In this document: positions 9,430 to 17,896 of the stretch, in pieces | Numbering within the stretch: the first letter of the stretch is position 1 | How the letters are laid out: the number at the start of each line of letters is the position of its first letter | Source: Desulfobacterales bacterium | GTDB lineage: Bacteria; Desulfobacterota; Desulfobacteria; Desulfobacterales; JAFDDL01 | Reading direction: 5' to 3' | Length of the DNA stretch: 64,000 nucleotides | Assembly: GCA_040235505.1 (NCBI GenBank) | Contig: JBECKW010000136.1 | Coordinates: forward strand, 8,136 to 72,135 | The notes under the pieces: generated by a model | What the model was told of the DNA's origin: nothing | The model's input: the letters and a program-made list of their open reading frames with translations, nothing else | Database searches by the model: none | Program-made: the position numbers and the translations under genes

Positions 9430-10361
9430 AGGGACAACATGCCGCGTGCGGTTTGAACATCTTTTTCGATTTGGGTTGAAAGCTGGTGCAGATCGGAAAA
9501 TTTTACCTCATCGCGGATTCGTTTTATAAAATCGACGCGAATTTTTTCTCCGTAAATATCACGATTGAAACCAATGATATGGACTTCGAGTGTATATAAA
9601 TGGTCATTAAAAGTCGGACTGAATCCGATGTTGGCGACCCCTTTGTATTTATTCCCGAGGCATTCCACAATAACGGCGTAAACACCCGCTTTGGGACACA
9701 GCTCGTCCTGGAGGTGAATATTGGCCGTTGGGAATCCCAGAAGTTTGCCTCCGCGATTTCTCCCGGTTACGACGTCACCCCGAACCTGGTAATGGCGCCC
9801 CAAAAGCTTCTGAGCAGCCATAAGGTTCCCCGCCATGACGAGCTCACGAATCCGGGTGCTGCTGATCCGGCCCGTGTCCGGAGCGTCATATTGGATACCT
9901 GGAACCAGAAGGACTTCAAAACCGAAACTGACGGCATCCTTCCGAAGCGTTTCGAGATTGCCTCTGCGGCGGCTTCCATATGAATAATCTTCTCCGACCA
10001 CGATGGCTTTCATGCCGATTCGCTTGACAAGGAGATCCTCTACGAAGGCCCGGGGGGATATTTCGGCAAATTCCCTTGTAAAAGGCACGCAGATGAGCAC
10101 ATCCAGCCCGGTTCTGGCTATCAGTTCAAGCTTTTGTTCGATAGGGGTGATGAGGGGCGGCGCTTGCGAATGCCCGAGAACTTTTGCGGGATGCGGATTG
10201 AATGTCATGGCAATGGATGTTCCATCGATTGAACGTGCCTTTTCAATTGTATGATGGAACAACGCCTGGTGCCCGATATGAACACCGTCGAAATTGCCGA
10301 TGGTGATGACCGCATTCGGAAAAGGAGATTGAATGGCCTCCAGAGAATCTATCTGCTTCAT
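9426..10361 (-). CDS. ribF: Bifunctional riboflavin kinase / FMN adenylyltransferase
   Basis: GNFDGVHIGHQALF (nucleotidyltransferase motif) plus C-terminal riboflavin kinase motifs GFPTANI and EVHIIGF. 311 aa. Confidence 0.92.
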   Translation of the reverse strand: MKQIDSLEAIQSPFPNAVITIGNFDGVHIGHQALFHHTIEKARSIDGTSIAMTFNPHPAKVLGHSQAPPLITPIEQKLELIARTGLDVLICVPFTREFAEISPRAFVEDLLVKRIGMKAIVVGEDYSYGSRRRGNLETLRKDAVSFGFEVLLVPGIQYDAPDTGRISSTRIRELVMAGNLMAAQKLLGRHYQVRGDVVTGRNRGGKLLGFPTANIHLQDELCPKAGVYAVIVECLGNKYKGVANIGFSPTFNDHLYTLEVHIIGFNRDIYGEKIRVDFIKRIRDEVKFSDLHQLSTQIEKDVQTARGMLSL

Positions 10362-10424
10362 GATCGATGTTGATTCATGCCAAAATAAAAATAAATAATG
10401 TTAAAAAAAGTCAGCATATTCAGC

Positions 10425-10453
10425 TTGACACACGTCAAAGAAAAGAATATATA
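10425..10453 (+). promoter_or_regulatory. Sigma-70-like promoter for tRNA-Leu (TTGACA-17 nt-TATATA)
   Basis: Consensus -35 TTGACA at 10425-10430, a 17-nt spacer, and -10 TATATA at 10448-10453. It lies about 50 nt upstream of the tRNA 5' end. Confidence 0.45.
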
Positions 10454-10502
10454 GGCCATCTTATGACCGAAAGCAAACATTTTTCGGTCATCCTGAAAAT
10501 CA

Positions 10503-10589
10503 GCCGAAGTGGCGGAATTGGTAGACGCGCTAGGTTCAGGGTCTAGTGGGAGTACTCCCGTGGAGGTTCGAGTCCTCTCTTCGGCACCA
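10503..10589 (+). tRNA. tRNA-Leu (anticodon CAG), class II with long variable arm; CCA encoded
   Basis: Acceptor stem GCCGAAG/CTTCGGC. Anticodon stem CTAGG/TCTAG with loop TTCAGGG (anticodon CAG). Long variable arm, T-arm GGTTCGAGTCC, then A-CCA at the 3' end. Confidence 0.93.
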
Positions 10590-10601
10590 TTCTTCGATGG
10601 G

Positions 10602-10627
10602 TCTTGGCGCAGCCGAGATCTTTTTTA
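10602..10627 (+). terminator. Possible intrinsic terminator after tRNA-Leu
   Basis: Short hairpin TCTTGG-cgcag-CCGAGA (6 bp including one G-U) followed by TCTTTTTTA. Confidence 0.4.
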
Positions 10628-10742
10628 TCTCATAATTTCAAACCGTTTCCTATTAAAATATTGACTTGCCGTCAAATTTTGAATAAACTTATGCAAGTTC
10701 ACGTTTGTTAATTTGCCGTATGCTATCGATAGGATCAACATC

Positions 10743-11159
10743 ATGCAACTGACAAAAAAAGACAACTGTGTTACTGAACGAAGAAAACACCAGCGCTTCG
10801 ATGCAAAAGACGTTGCCTTTGCCATCCTCCGGGCCGATCAGGAAGAAGAACTCGGGCAGATCGTCAATATCAGTTTGGGCGGACTGGTTTTTCAATATTT
10901 TATCGGAAACAGGGAATTCCAGAAAGCAAACAGGCTCGATGTACTTCTGGCTGACAGCGGGCTTCATGTGGAAAACATCGAATTTCACGTGGTGGACGAC
11001 TATGAACTCGTCAATGAATTGCCCTTCAGTTCCATTACAAAACGTGAACAGCGGGTGCTGTTCAGCGGACTGACGGATGCCCAGAAAGAGGGGATTGAAA
11101 GTTTTATCCGGAGGCATACCTTTATTGAAGGAGAGGGGGTCGCCGGAAGCGTCGGATAA
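10743..11159 (+). CDS. PilZ domain protein (predicted c-di-GMP receptor)
   Basis: RRKHQRF (the RxxxR motif) followed by NISLGGL (the [D/N]xSxxG motif). The ATG at 10743 is preferred; the ORF-track start at 10713 is a TTG. Confidence 0.7.
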   Translation: MQLTKKDNCVTERRKHQRFDAKDVAFAILRADQEEELGQIVNISLGGLVFQYFIGNREFQKANRLDVLLADSGLHVENIEFHVVDDYELVNELPFSSITKREQRVLFSGLTDAQKEGIESFIRRHTFIEGEGVAGSVG

Positions 11160-11181
11160 TTTCCATGGGATCATTTCTTGG

Positions 11182-11213
11182 CCGGTGGGGGGGCTTCCTG
11201 CCGGTTTTTTTTT
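11182..11213 (+). terminator. Intrinsic terminator after the PilZ gene
   Basis: GC-rich hairpin CCGGTGGGGGGG...CCTGCCGG followed by a T9 run. Confidence 0.6.
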
Positions 11214-11295
11214 ACAAAATCCGAGCCGGTGTTGCATAGATACGTTGGTGTCTGATAAAGTCGTCGGGAAATGATAACCGGACAGGAATCATAGA

Positions 11296-12057
11296 ATGGG
11301 GTTTATTGGAAAAATCATAGGCGGTACCATCGGTTTCGCGATGGCGGGGCCCCTGGGGGCGCTGGCCGGAGCGGTGTTCGGACATTCTTTTGACAGGGCC
11401 GAAGATGCGCAATATCCATATGAAGCGGGCTATTCTCAGGCAGGCCAGGCCAGGGCCCAATTGACCTTTTTCGTGGCCACTTTTTCCATGCTTGCAAAGC
11501 TTGCCAGGAGTGACGGCCGTATCACCCCACAGGAGGTCGATTCCATTGAACGCTTTATGGCAGCGGACCTCGGGCTTGATCCGGAAAGCAGACGGGCGGC
11601 AAGGGGGATATTCAACAAGGCCGTGGACTCGCACGAAACATTTCAGGATTATGCCGCCCAGTTTTACAGTCAGTTTCAAACTGAACCACATCTTCTTGAA
11701 ATGATGATCGATATCATGCTCAAGGTTTCCGTGGCGGATGGAAGCCTTTCGGATAGCGAAGAATCGCTTATCGCCGCGGCGGTGAATATGTTCCACCTGA
11801 GCGACGAAACCTACGCAAAGCTCCGGTCACGGTATCAAGGTACAACACTTGATAAATACTACTCGGTGTTGGGCGCGCAGGCCGAGGATAGTGATGATAA
11901 AATAAAACAGCAATACCGGAAGCTCGTTTCGGAATATCATCCGGACAAAATTGCCTCAAAGGGGCTGCCGGAGCCCTTTATTCAGTTTGCAAACGACAAG
12001 TTTCGAGAAATACAGGACGCTTATGAAAAAATCAAAGCCCATCGGGGGATGAAGTAA
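11296..12057 (+). CDS. djlA: DjlA-like co-chaperone (glycine-rich membrane anchor, TerB-like domain, C-terminal J domain)
   Basis: N-terminus GFIGKIIGGTIGFAMAGPLGALAGAVFG. C-terminal J domain YYSVLGAQ...YRKLVSEYHPDK with an HPD motif. Confidence 0.75.
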   Translation: MGFIGKIIGGTIGFAMAGPLGALAGAVFGHSFDRAEDAQYPYEAGYSQAGQARAQLTFFVATFSMLAKLARSDGRITPQEVDSIERFMAADLGLDPESRRAARGIFNKAVDSHETFQDYAAQFYSQFQTEPHLLEMMIDIMLKVSVADGSLSDSEESLIAAAVNMFHLSDETYAKLRSRYQGTTLDKYYSVLGAQAEDSDDKIKQQYRKLVSEYHPDKIASKGLPEPFIQFANDKFREIQDAYEKIKAHRGMK

Positions 12058-13381
12058 GGACGGCCAGCACCCCTTTATTTCCGAACGATTTCTCGACGTT
12101 TGCCTTTACAAACACATTTCCGCCCTGCAGACGACTTTTCAGATATACCGGAACGTAATTGGATGTCCGGCCTCTGAAAAGCCCGGATGCATTGTCGCAC
12201 TGCCCTTCCACCAGCACTTCCACCGTCTGGCCCACCAGGATTTCATGGAACGCCTTCCGCTTGTTTTCGCCGATTTTGCGCATTTGCGCGGCCCTCGATT
12301 TGAGAACCGGTATCGGGACCTTGTCCGGCATACCGTACGCGGGGGTCGATTTCCTCGGCGAAAACGGAAACACATGCAGGTAGGAAAGGGGAAGGGAATC
12401 GATGAGATCAATCGTATTTTCGAAGGCCTCATCGGTTTCTCCCGGAAATCCAACCAATACGTCCACTCCGATGGCGGCATCCGGAATTTTTTCATGAATG
12501 CGACCGATTAGATCCATAAAAAAGGATCGGCTGTAGTGTCGTCCCATCTTTCGTAACATACCGTCGTCTCCACTCTGGAGGGGGATATGAAAATGACGGC
12601 AGAAAGAATCTGAACCCGCTACAAGATCAATGATCTCCCCTGAAAGCTCACCGGGTTCGATGGAACTCAGACGGATGCGGGGAACGATATCAAGCGCCTC
12701 GATCCGTTCCAGCAGGACATGCAAGGAGGAGGGAGGAGAAAAATCGAGGCCCCAGCATCCGAGATGAATACCCGACAGGACGACTTCGAGGTATCCCGCA
12801 CGTCTGAGACCTCTAAGGTTGGAGATTACCTGGGATTCCGGCATGCTTCGGCTTTTTCCCCGTGCTTTCGGGACAATGCAGTAAGTGCAGTGTGCGTTGC
12901 AGCCGTCCTGTATTTTTAAAAACGCCCGGGTTCTTCTGCCTCTGGTCTCTTCCGGAGAAAATGAAATGGCATCCGGCCAGGGCCCCGTGCCGGAAGCGGC
13001 GGCTTCGGGAACCTGCGGCAAAATGGAAGCGGCAACGGTTTGCTTATTCTCTTGCGGCAGAATGATACTGACACCTTTTATCTTTTTTATTTCCTCGGGC
13101 TGGGTCTGGGCGTAGCAGCCGGTAACGATGATCCGCGCGTCGGGGTATGCACGGATTGCCTGGCGAATCGCCTGACGTGACTGCATGGACGCTTTTTCGG
13201 TCACCGTACATGTATTGACGATACAAACGGACACCCGATCCTCGCCACAACCGGCCCCGTTTTCCCCGGAATCCGCCGTCGCTTCCAGGAAGCCCTCCCG
13301 GCGAAGTGAGGCCGCCATGGACTCGGATTCCGATTGATTGACCTTGCAGCCCAGGGTTTTGATAATAAACCGATTCATCAT
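12032..13381 (-). CDS. mtaB: tRNA methylthiotransferase, MtaB-like (radical SAM, MiaB/RimO family)
   Basis: N-terminal UPF0004 domain TLGCKVNQSESE, radical SAM motif CNAHCTYCIVP, and a C-terminal TRAM-like region. Its 3' end overlaps the convergent djlA-like gene by 26 nt. Confidence 0.82.
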   Translation of the reverse strand: MMNRFIIKTLGCKVNQSESESMAASLRREGFLEATADSGENGAGCGEDRVSVCIVNTCTVTEKASMQSRQAIRQAIRAYPDARIIVTGCYAQTQPEEIKKIKGVSIILPQENKQTVAASILPQVPEAAASGTGPWPDAISFSPEETRGRRTRAFLKIQDGCNAHCTYCIVPKARGKSRSMPESQVISNLRGLRRAGYLEVVLSGIHLGCWGLDFSPPSSLHVLLERIEALDIVPRIRLSSIEPGELSGEIIDLVAGSDSFCRHFHIPLQSGDDGMLRKMGRHYSRSFFMDLIGRIHEKIPDAAIGVDVLVGFPGETDEAFENTIDLIDSLPLSYLHVFPFSPRKSTPAYGMPDKVPIPVLKSRAAQMRKIGENKRKAFHEILVGQTVEVLVEGQCDNASGLFRGRTSNYVPVYLKSRLQGGNVFVKANVEKSFGNKGVLAVLTSSPDGL

Positions 13382-14415
13382 GTAATAATTCCAGCTCCCA
13401 ACACTTCATCCCCATTGTAAAATACCGCCCCTTGTCCCGGCGTGGGGCAATGCTGGGGCACTGAAAAGCGAACGAGGATCTTTCCGCCCTTATCTATTAA
13501 GCCGGATGAGACCGCCCGATGCCGATATCGCAATCGAACGTCCGCCGTCATCGGAAGTTCGGGCTCGGTTCGAATCCAATGCACGTGGTCCACGAGACAG
13601 CTTTCCGCCACGAGATCCTGTTTTCGGCCAACCACCAGGGTGTTGGTGGCAGGAATCAGCCTCACGGCATAATAGGGGGCGCTTGAAGGGCAGCCGATCC
13701 CACGGCGCTGGCCAATGGTAAAACGGTAAAGGCCGGTATGTTTTCCGATGATGTCACCCTCCACCGTCATCACCGGGCCCGGTTTGGAATTAAGGCCGCC
13801 ATAAGTCTGCAAAAACTCCGAATAAGTCTTTTCATGAATGAAGCACACATCCTGGCTCTCGCCTCCGGAGACGGGTGCAAATCCCTTTCGGATCGCCAAT
13901 GCTTTTACTTCGTTCTTTGTCATCTCGCCAAGCGGGAACAATGTTCTGGAAAGTTGATCCTGAGACAAGAAGGAAAGAAAATAGGACTGGTCCTTGTGCC
14001 GGTCAATCCCCTTGAGAAGCCTGAAACGGCCGTCATCTCCCCGGGCTACCCGGGCATAATGACCCGTGGCCAGAAAATTCGCCCCCAGCTTTTGGGCCTC
14101 ATGAAACAGCGCGTCGAATTTGATCACCGGATTACAGACGAGACATGGATTTGGCGTCAATCCGTCCCGATAGGTTTGGATAAAGTAATTCACAACCCGG
14201 TTTCGGAAGACGGTGCTCAGATCCAACAGGTGCACCGGAAGATCGAGTTGAGATGACAATACCGACACGCAGGCGGCCGGGGAGAGACTTCCGGCGGATT
14301 CAAACCCGGTGATGAAGTGGACTCCAAGAACGCGATAGCCTTTTTCTTTCAGGATATAAGCGGACATTAGCGAGTCGATGCCGCCACTTAAGGCGATGGC
14401 AACGACCGGTGTCAT
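13378..14415 (-). CDS. mnmA: tRNA-specific 2-thiouridylase MnmA
   Basis: PP-loop ALSGGIDS, catalytic-region motifs PNPCLVCN and KDQSYFL. 345 aa. Confidence 0.92.
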   Translation of the reverse strand: MTPVVAIALSGGIDSLMSAYILKEKGYRVLGVHFITGFESAGSLSPAACVSVLSSQLDLPVHLLDLSTVFRNRVVNYFIQTYRDGLTPNPCLVCNPVIKFDALFHEAQKLGANFLATGHYARVARGDDGRFRLLKGIDRHKDQSYFLSFLSQDQLSRTLFPLGEMTKNEVKALAIRKGFAPVSGGESQDVCFIHEKTYSEFLQTYGGLNSKPGPVMTVEGDIIGKHTGLYRFTIGQRRGIGCPSSAPYYAVRLIPATNTLVVGRKQDLVAESCLVDHVHWIRTEPELPMTADVRLRYRHRAVSSGLIDKGGKILVRFSVPQHCPTPGQGAVFYNGDEVLGAGIIT

Positions 14416-14843
14416 TCAAAAAATGCCTGGTCCGACGGTCTTGATTCCATGGCCCTGGGAGGGCACGCGGATACACACAGTTCACATACGCTGCACTTGC
14501 TCTCGTCAAACACGACCAGCATTTCCGGACGCTGGATGGAGAGGGCACCGGTGGGACAGACGGCCGTACAGGCGCCGCAGTGGGTACATTTTCGTTTAAT
14601 GCGCTTAATATCTTTTCCCGCCTTATTGATTTCGATACCCTGTTCTTTGAGAAACCTCACCCCCTCCTGAAATGCCTTTCGATCCCCGAAAAGCTCAAGG
14701 ACCATGATACCTTCTTTTCTCGGAAGGATTTCCGCCTTGAGGATATTAAATGTCAGATCGAAATTTTTTGCCAATTGGCATACCAGCGGCTTCTGAACTT
14801 CGGTCATTGGAAAATGCAGAATCAGTATCTTTGAATGCAACAT
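14412..14843 (-). CDS. NIL domain / 2x[4Fe-4S] ferredoxin fusion protein
   Basis: N-terminal ~75 aa are NIL-like (LHFPMTEVQKPLVCQLAKNFDLTFNILKAEI). The C-terminus has two cluster motifs, CTHCGACTAVCP and CSVCELCVSACP. Its stop overlaps the mnmA start by 4 nt. Confidence 0.75.
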   Translation of the reverse strand: MLHSKILILHFPMTEVQKPLVCQLAKNFDLTFNILKAEILPRKEGIMVLELFGDRKAFQEGVRFLKEQGIEINKAGKDIKRIKRKCTHCGACTAVCPTGALSIQRPEMLVVFDESKCSVCELCVSACPPRAMESRPSDQAFFE

Positions 14844-14956
14844 CGGTCCTCCGGAAAACGCTTTATTTTTAACTTCAGGAATAGTAGATTAAAGATAATT
14901 CACTGGGTTGTCAACATGAGAACCTCCAGAACCGTTGATTGGACGCGAGTCGTGCC

Positions 14957-17131
14957 ATGAACAAATTCGCCTTCCGTACGACAGGGTTGCTGGTTAAGGC
15001 CCTGTATAATCTCTCCAAGGCAAGATTCCATCTGCATGATCCGGAAAACATACCCGACGGCCCGATCATCTTTGTCGTTAATCATTTTACACGCCTGGAA
15101 ACCTTTCTGTTCCCCTACGTCGTCTATACCCTCACCAAAAAGCCGGTATGGTCTTTGGCATCCGCGGAACTTTTTCGCGGCGCGTTCGGAGAATATCTTG
15201 AAAAAGTCGGGGCGTTGTCCAACAAAGCACCGAACCGGGATCAACTGATCGTCAAAACATTGCTGACCGATGAGGCCAACTGGATCATCTTTCCGGAAGG
15301 TCGAATGGTCAAAAATAAAAAAATCATTGAAAAGGGGAAGTTCATTATCTCCTATGCCGGCGGCAAACACCCCCCCCATACGGGAGCGGCTACCCTGGCG
15401 CTTAGAACTGAATTTTATCGAAGGCGTATTCTAGGACTTGCGGCCACCGATCATGCGGAAGCCCTTCGATTGCTGGAGCTTTTCCAGATAGAAGATAAAA
15501 AAGATATTGAAAAACAACCAGTTAAAATTGTCCCTGTCAATATCAGCTATTATCCCCTGCGAGCCCGAGAGAACATACTCAGCAAAATGGCGGTCAGTCT
15601 CATGCGAAATATCCCGGAACGCGTCATTGAAGAAATTATGACGGAAGGGTCCATGCTGCTGTCCGGGGTTGATATCGACATACATTTCGGTGTGCCCATC
15701 GACATTCAGTCCAGCATTGACATGAAACCCATTCGGAAGGATGTCTACAATCAGGCATCTTTCGGCTTCGATGATCCCATCCCGTCCAAAAAATATCTTC
15801 ACCGGAAGGCGCTCCGCATCATGAACGCCTATATGTCCGCGATCTATGGGATGACCACCGTAAATCACGATCACCTGTTTGCATCCGTTTTGCGAACAAT
15901 GCCACGGCGCAGGATCGGAGAAATGGATCTGAGGCGTCGTGTCTACCTGCTTGCCAACACAGAGCTGAAAAAGAAAACGGTATACATGCATAGAAGCCTT
16001 GAAGAAAATCAGATTTCGCTGATTACAGACGACCGGTTTCGCAAATTCAGTGATTTTATAGACCTGGCGGTAGAACGCGGCGTGGTGACGAGAGACGGGC
16101 GCTGGCTCTTTAAAAACGTTTCAAGATTATCCTCGGGCATGGATTTTAATCGTATTCGTATCGACAATCCTATTGCGGTGATGGCAAATGATGTGGAACC
16201 GCTCGCTGACTTGCAGCGACTCATCAAACGTATTTCCATGCTACCGGGATGGTGGGTTCGCCGGCGTGTGGCGGATCTCCTTCAAAAGCAGGACGCGTCG
16301 GAATTTGAACGGGACTACGCTTTATTTTTTCAGCCCGGGGAGTCTAAACCGAAGGCGGTTTGTGCTCCTTTTCTGCTGAAGAATCGATCCAGGAACGCGG
16401 GGGTGCTGTTAATCCATGGATATATGGCGGCGCCGGCGGAAGTCAAAGCGCTGGCCGGTTATCTTGGACGCAAGGGATTCTGGGTCTATGCGGTCAGGTT
16501 GGCGGGGCATGGGACGGTGCCTGAAGATCTGGCCCAAAAAACATATCCGGATTGGATTCGTTCCGTTGAGGTCGGATACGGAATTGTCAGCAGTCATTGC
16601 CGGAATGTGCTGGTGGGTGGATTTTCCGCAGGTGGAGGACTTGCCCTGGAGATCGCATCCCGAATTCCGAGTATCGCAGGAGTGTTTGCCGTAGGTCCGC
16701 CCGCGCGACTGAGAAATCCATTTGCGAAATTGGTGCCCGGATTGGATGTTCTGAATAAATCGCTTCAAAAGGTGAAAATGGGCAACCTATTGAAAAAGTT
16801 CGTGGAAAACCATGCGGAACACCCGGATATCAACTACCTTCGAAATCCCATATCCGGGGTGCATCAACTCGAACGGCTCATGGAAATGCTCCATGACCGA
16901 CTTCCGCTTATTGGAATGCCTGCGCTGGTGATTCAATCCCAGGGGGATCCTGTGGTGGATCCCCTGGGATCAAAAGAGCTTTTTGAAAAAATCGGATCTG
17001 TCGAAAAAGAATACCGAATGGTTGACTCCGAGCGGCATGGTATTCTTCTCGGCCCCGGATCTGAAGAAGTACACAGGTTCATCGGCGGATTCTGCAGGCA
17101 TGCCCTGAACCTTTCGACTATTCCGCAGTGA
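14957..17131 (+). CDS. Fusion protein: PlsC-type lysophospholipid acyltransferase domain plus C-terminal alpha/beta-hydrolase (lipase/esterase-like)
   Basis: The N-terminus has VNHFTRLE (an HX4D-like motif with E in place of D) and FPEGRM (acyltransferase block III). The C-terminus has LLIHGYMAAP and the nucleophile elbow GFSAGG. Start set at the ATG MNKFAF; the ORF-track start at 14939 is a TTG. Confidence 0.7.
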   Translation: MNKFAFRTTGLLVKALYNLSKARFHLHDPENIPDGPIIFVVNHFTRLETFLFPYVVYTLTKKPVWSLASAELFRGAFGEYLEKVGALSNKAPNRDQLIVKTLLTDEANWIIFPEGRMVKNKKIIEKGKFIISYAGGKHPPHTGAATLALRTEFYRRRILGLAATDHAEALRLLELFQIEDKKDIEKQPVKIVPVNISYYPLRARENILSKMAVSLMRNIPERVIEEIMTEGSMLLSGVDIDIHFGVPIDIQSSIDMKPIRKDVYNQASFGFDDPIPSKKYLHRKALRIMNAYMSAIYGMTTVNHDHLFASVLRTMPRRRIGEMDLRRRVYLLANTELKKKTVYMHRSLEENQISLITDDRFRKFSDFIDLAVERGVVTRDGRWLFKNVSRLSSGMDFNRIRIDNPIAVMANDVEPLADLQRLIKRISMLPGWWVRRRVADLLQKQDASEFERDYALFFQPGESKPKAVCAPFLLKNRSRNAGVLLIHGYMAAPAEVKALAGYLGRKGFWVYAVRLAGHGTVPEDLAQKTYPDWIRSVEVGYGIVSSHCRNVLVGGFSAGGGLALEIASRIPSIAGVFAVGPPARLRNPFAKLVPGLDVLNKSLQKVKMGNLLKKFVENHAEHPDINYLRNPISGVHQLERLMEMLHDRLPLIGMPALVIQSQGDPVVDPLGSKELFEKIGSVEKEYRMVDSERHGILLGPGSEEVHRFIGGFCRHALNLSTIPQ

Positions 17132-17822
17132 TGAGAAGACTTTGGGGATCGAGAAGCAGTGAGGCATCGACCTTTTCATCGGAAGCACCTTTCACTGCCC
17201 GCACGTGAATTTTTTCATTTTCTGGCTGAAGCTGAATCACCGCGTCGAAAAATTCCACGGCACCGGCAAGCCTGACCGGCAGTTCATTCTCATCCGTTTC
17301 ATCATGGCGATGGGTGAGAACGGTCACCCAAACGGGGAATTCACGGGAGGCGGACAGTTTCTTCAGTTCTTCAAGAACCTCCAGATCCCCGCCCTCCAGG
17401 GGAAGACCGTCAATGATCACGACATCGGGTGAGAAGATATTCTGCGCCGTCAAATCGGTCAGACGCTCCTTCAGTTTGGGAACACTGAATCCCTCCACCT
17501 TAAACGTCATGATGAAACGATGGGGGATGATCGCCTCCCATAATTCATGGGCGGAAGCCGCCTGATCCTGATATTGATCGGTGATGTGACGGAAGACCTC
17601 CTCATACCAGAGCGTCACCTTGTTGACGGGATCATCGATGCTGATATGAAGAACATTCTGCTCTTTGAGCAGGCCGTTTAGCGCAAGCTGGACAAGAAAT
17701 GCCGTTTTCCCGACGCCGGCGCGTGCCAGAACAGCTCCCAACTGCCCGGCTTTCAGATGTTGGCCCGCTTCCTCTCCCAAAAGACGGAATGGATTTCTGA
17801 GCATGATATCTTTAATGAGCAT
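17118..17822 (-). CDS. Stand-alone RecA-superfamily (DnaB C-terminal/KaiC-like) P-loop ATPase
   Basis: Walker A LARAGVGKTAF, resembling DnaB ARPSMGKTAF. Walker B-like PDVVIIDGL. Start set at MLIKDIM (17822) because AGAGGAG lies 7 nt upstream. Confidence 0.55.
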   Translation of the reverse strand: MLIKDIMLRNPFRLLGEEAGQHLKAGQLGAVLARAGVGKTAFLVQLALNGLLKEQNVLHISIDDPVNKVTLWYEEVFRHITDQYQDQAASAHELWEAIIPHRFIMTFKVEGFSVPKLKERLTDLTAQNIFSPDVVIIDGLPLEGGDLEVLEELKKLSASREFPVWVTVLTHRHDETDENELPVRLAGAVEFFDAVIQLQPENEKIHVRAVKGASDEKVDASLLLDPQSLLITAE

Positions 17823-17896
17823 AATATAACTCCTCTCTTTCAAAAAATTGTCCGTCACATTCAAAGCAGTGTAACGCTGGACAATGGTAAACGGCT

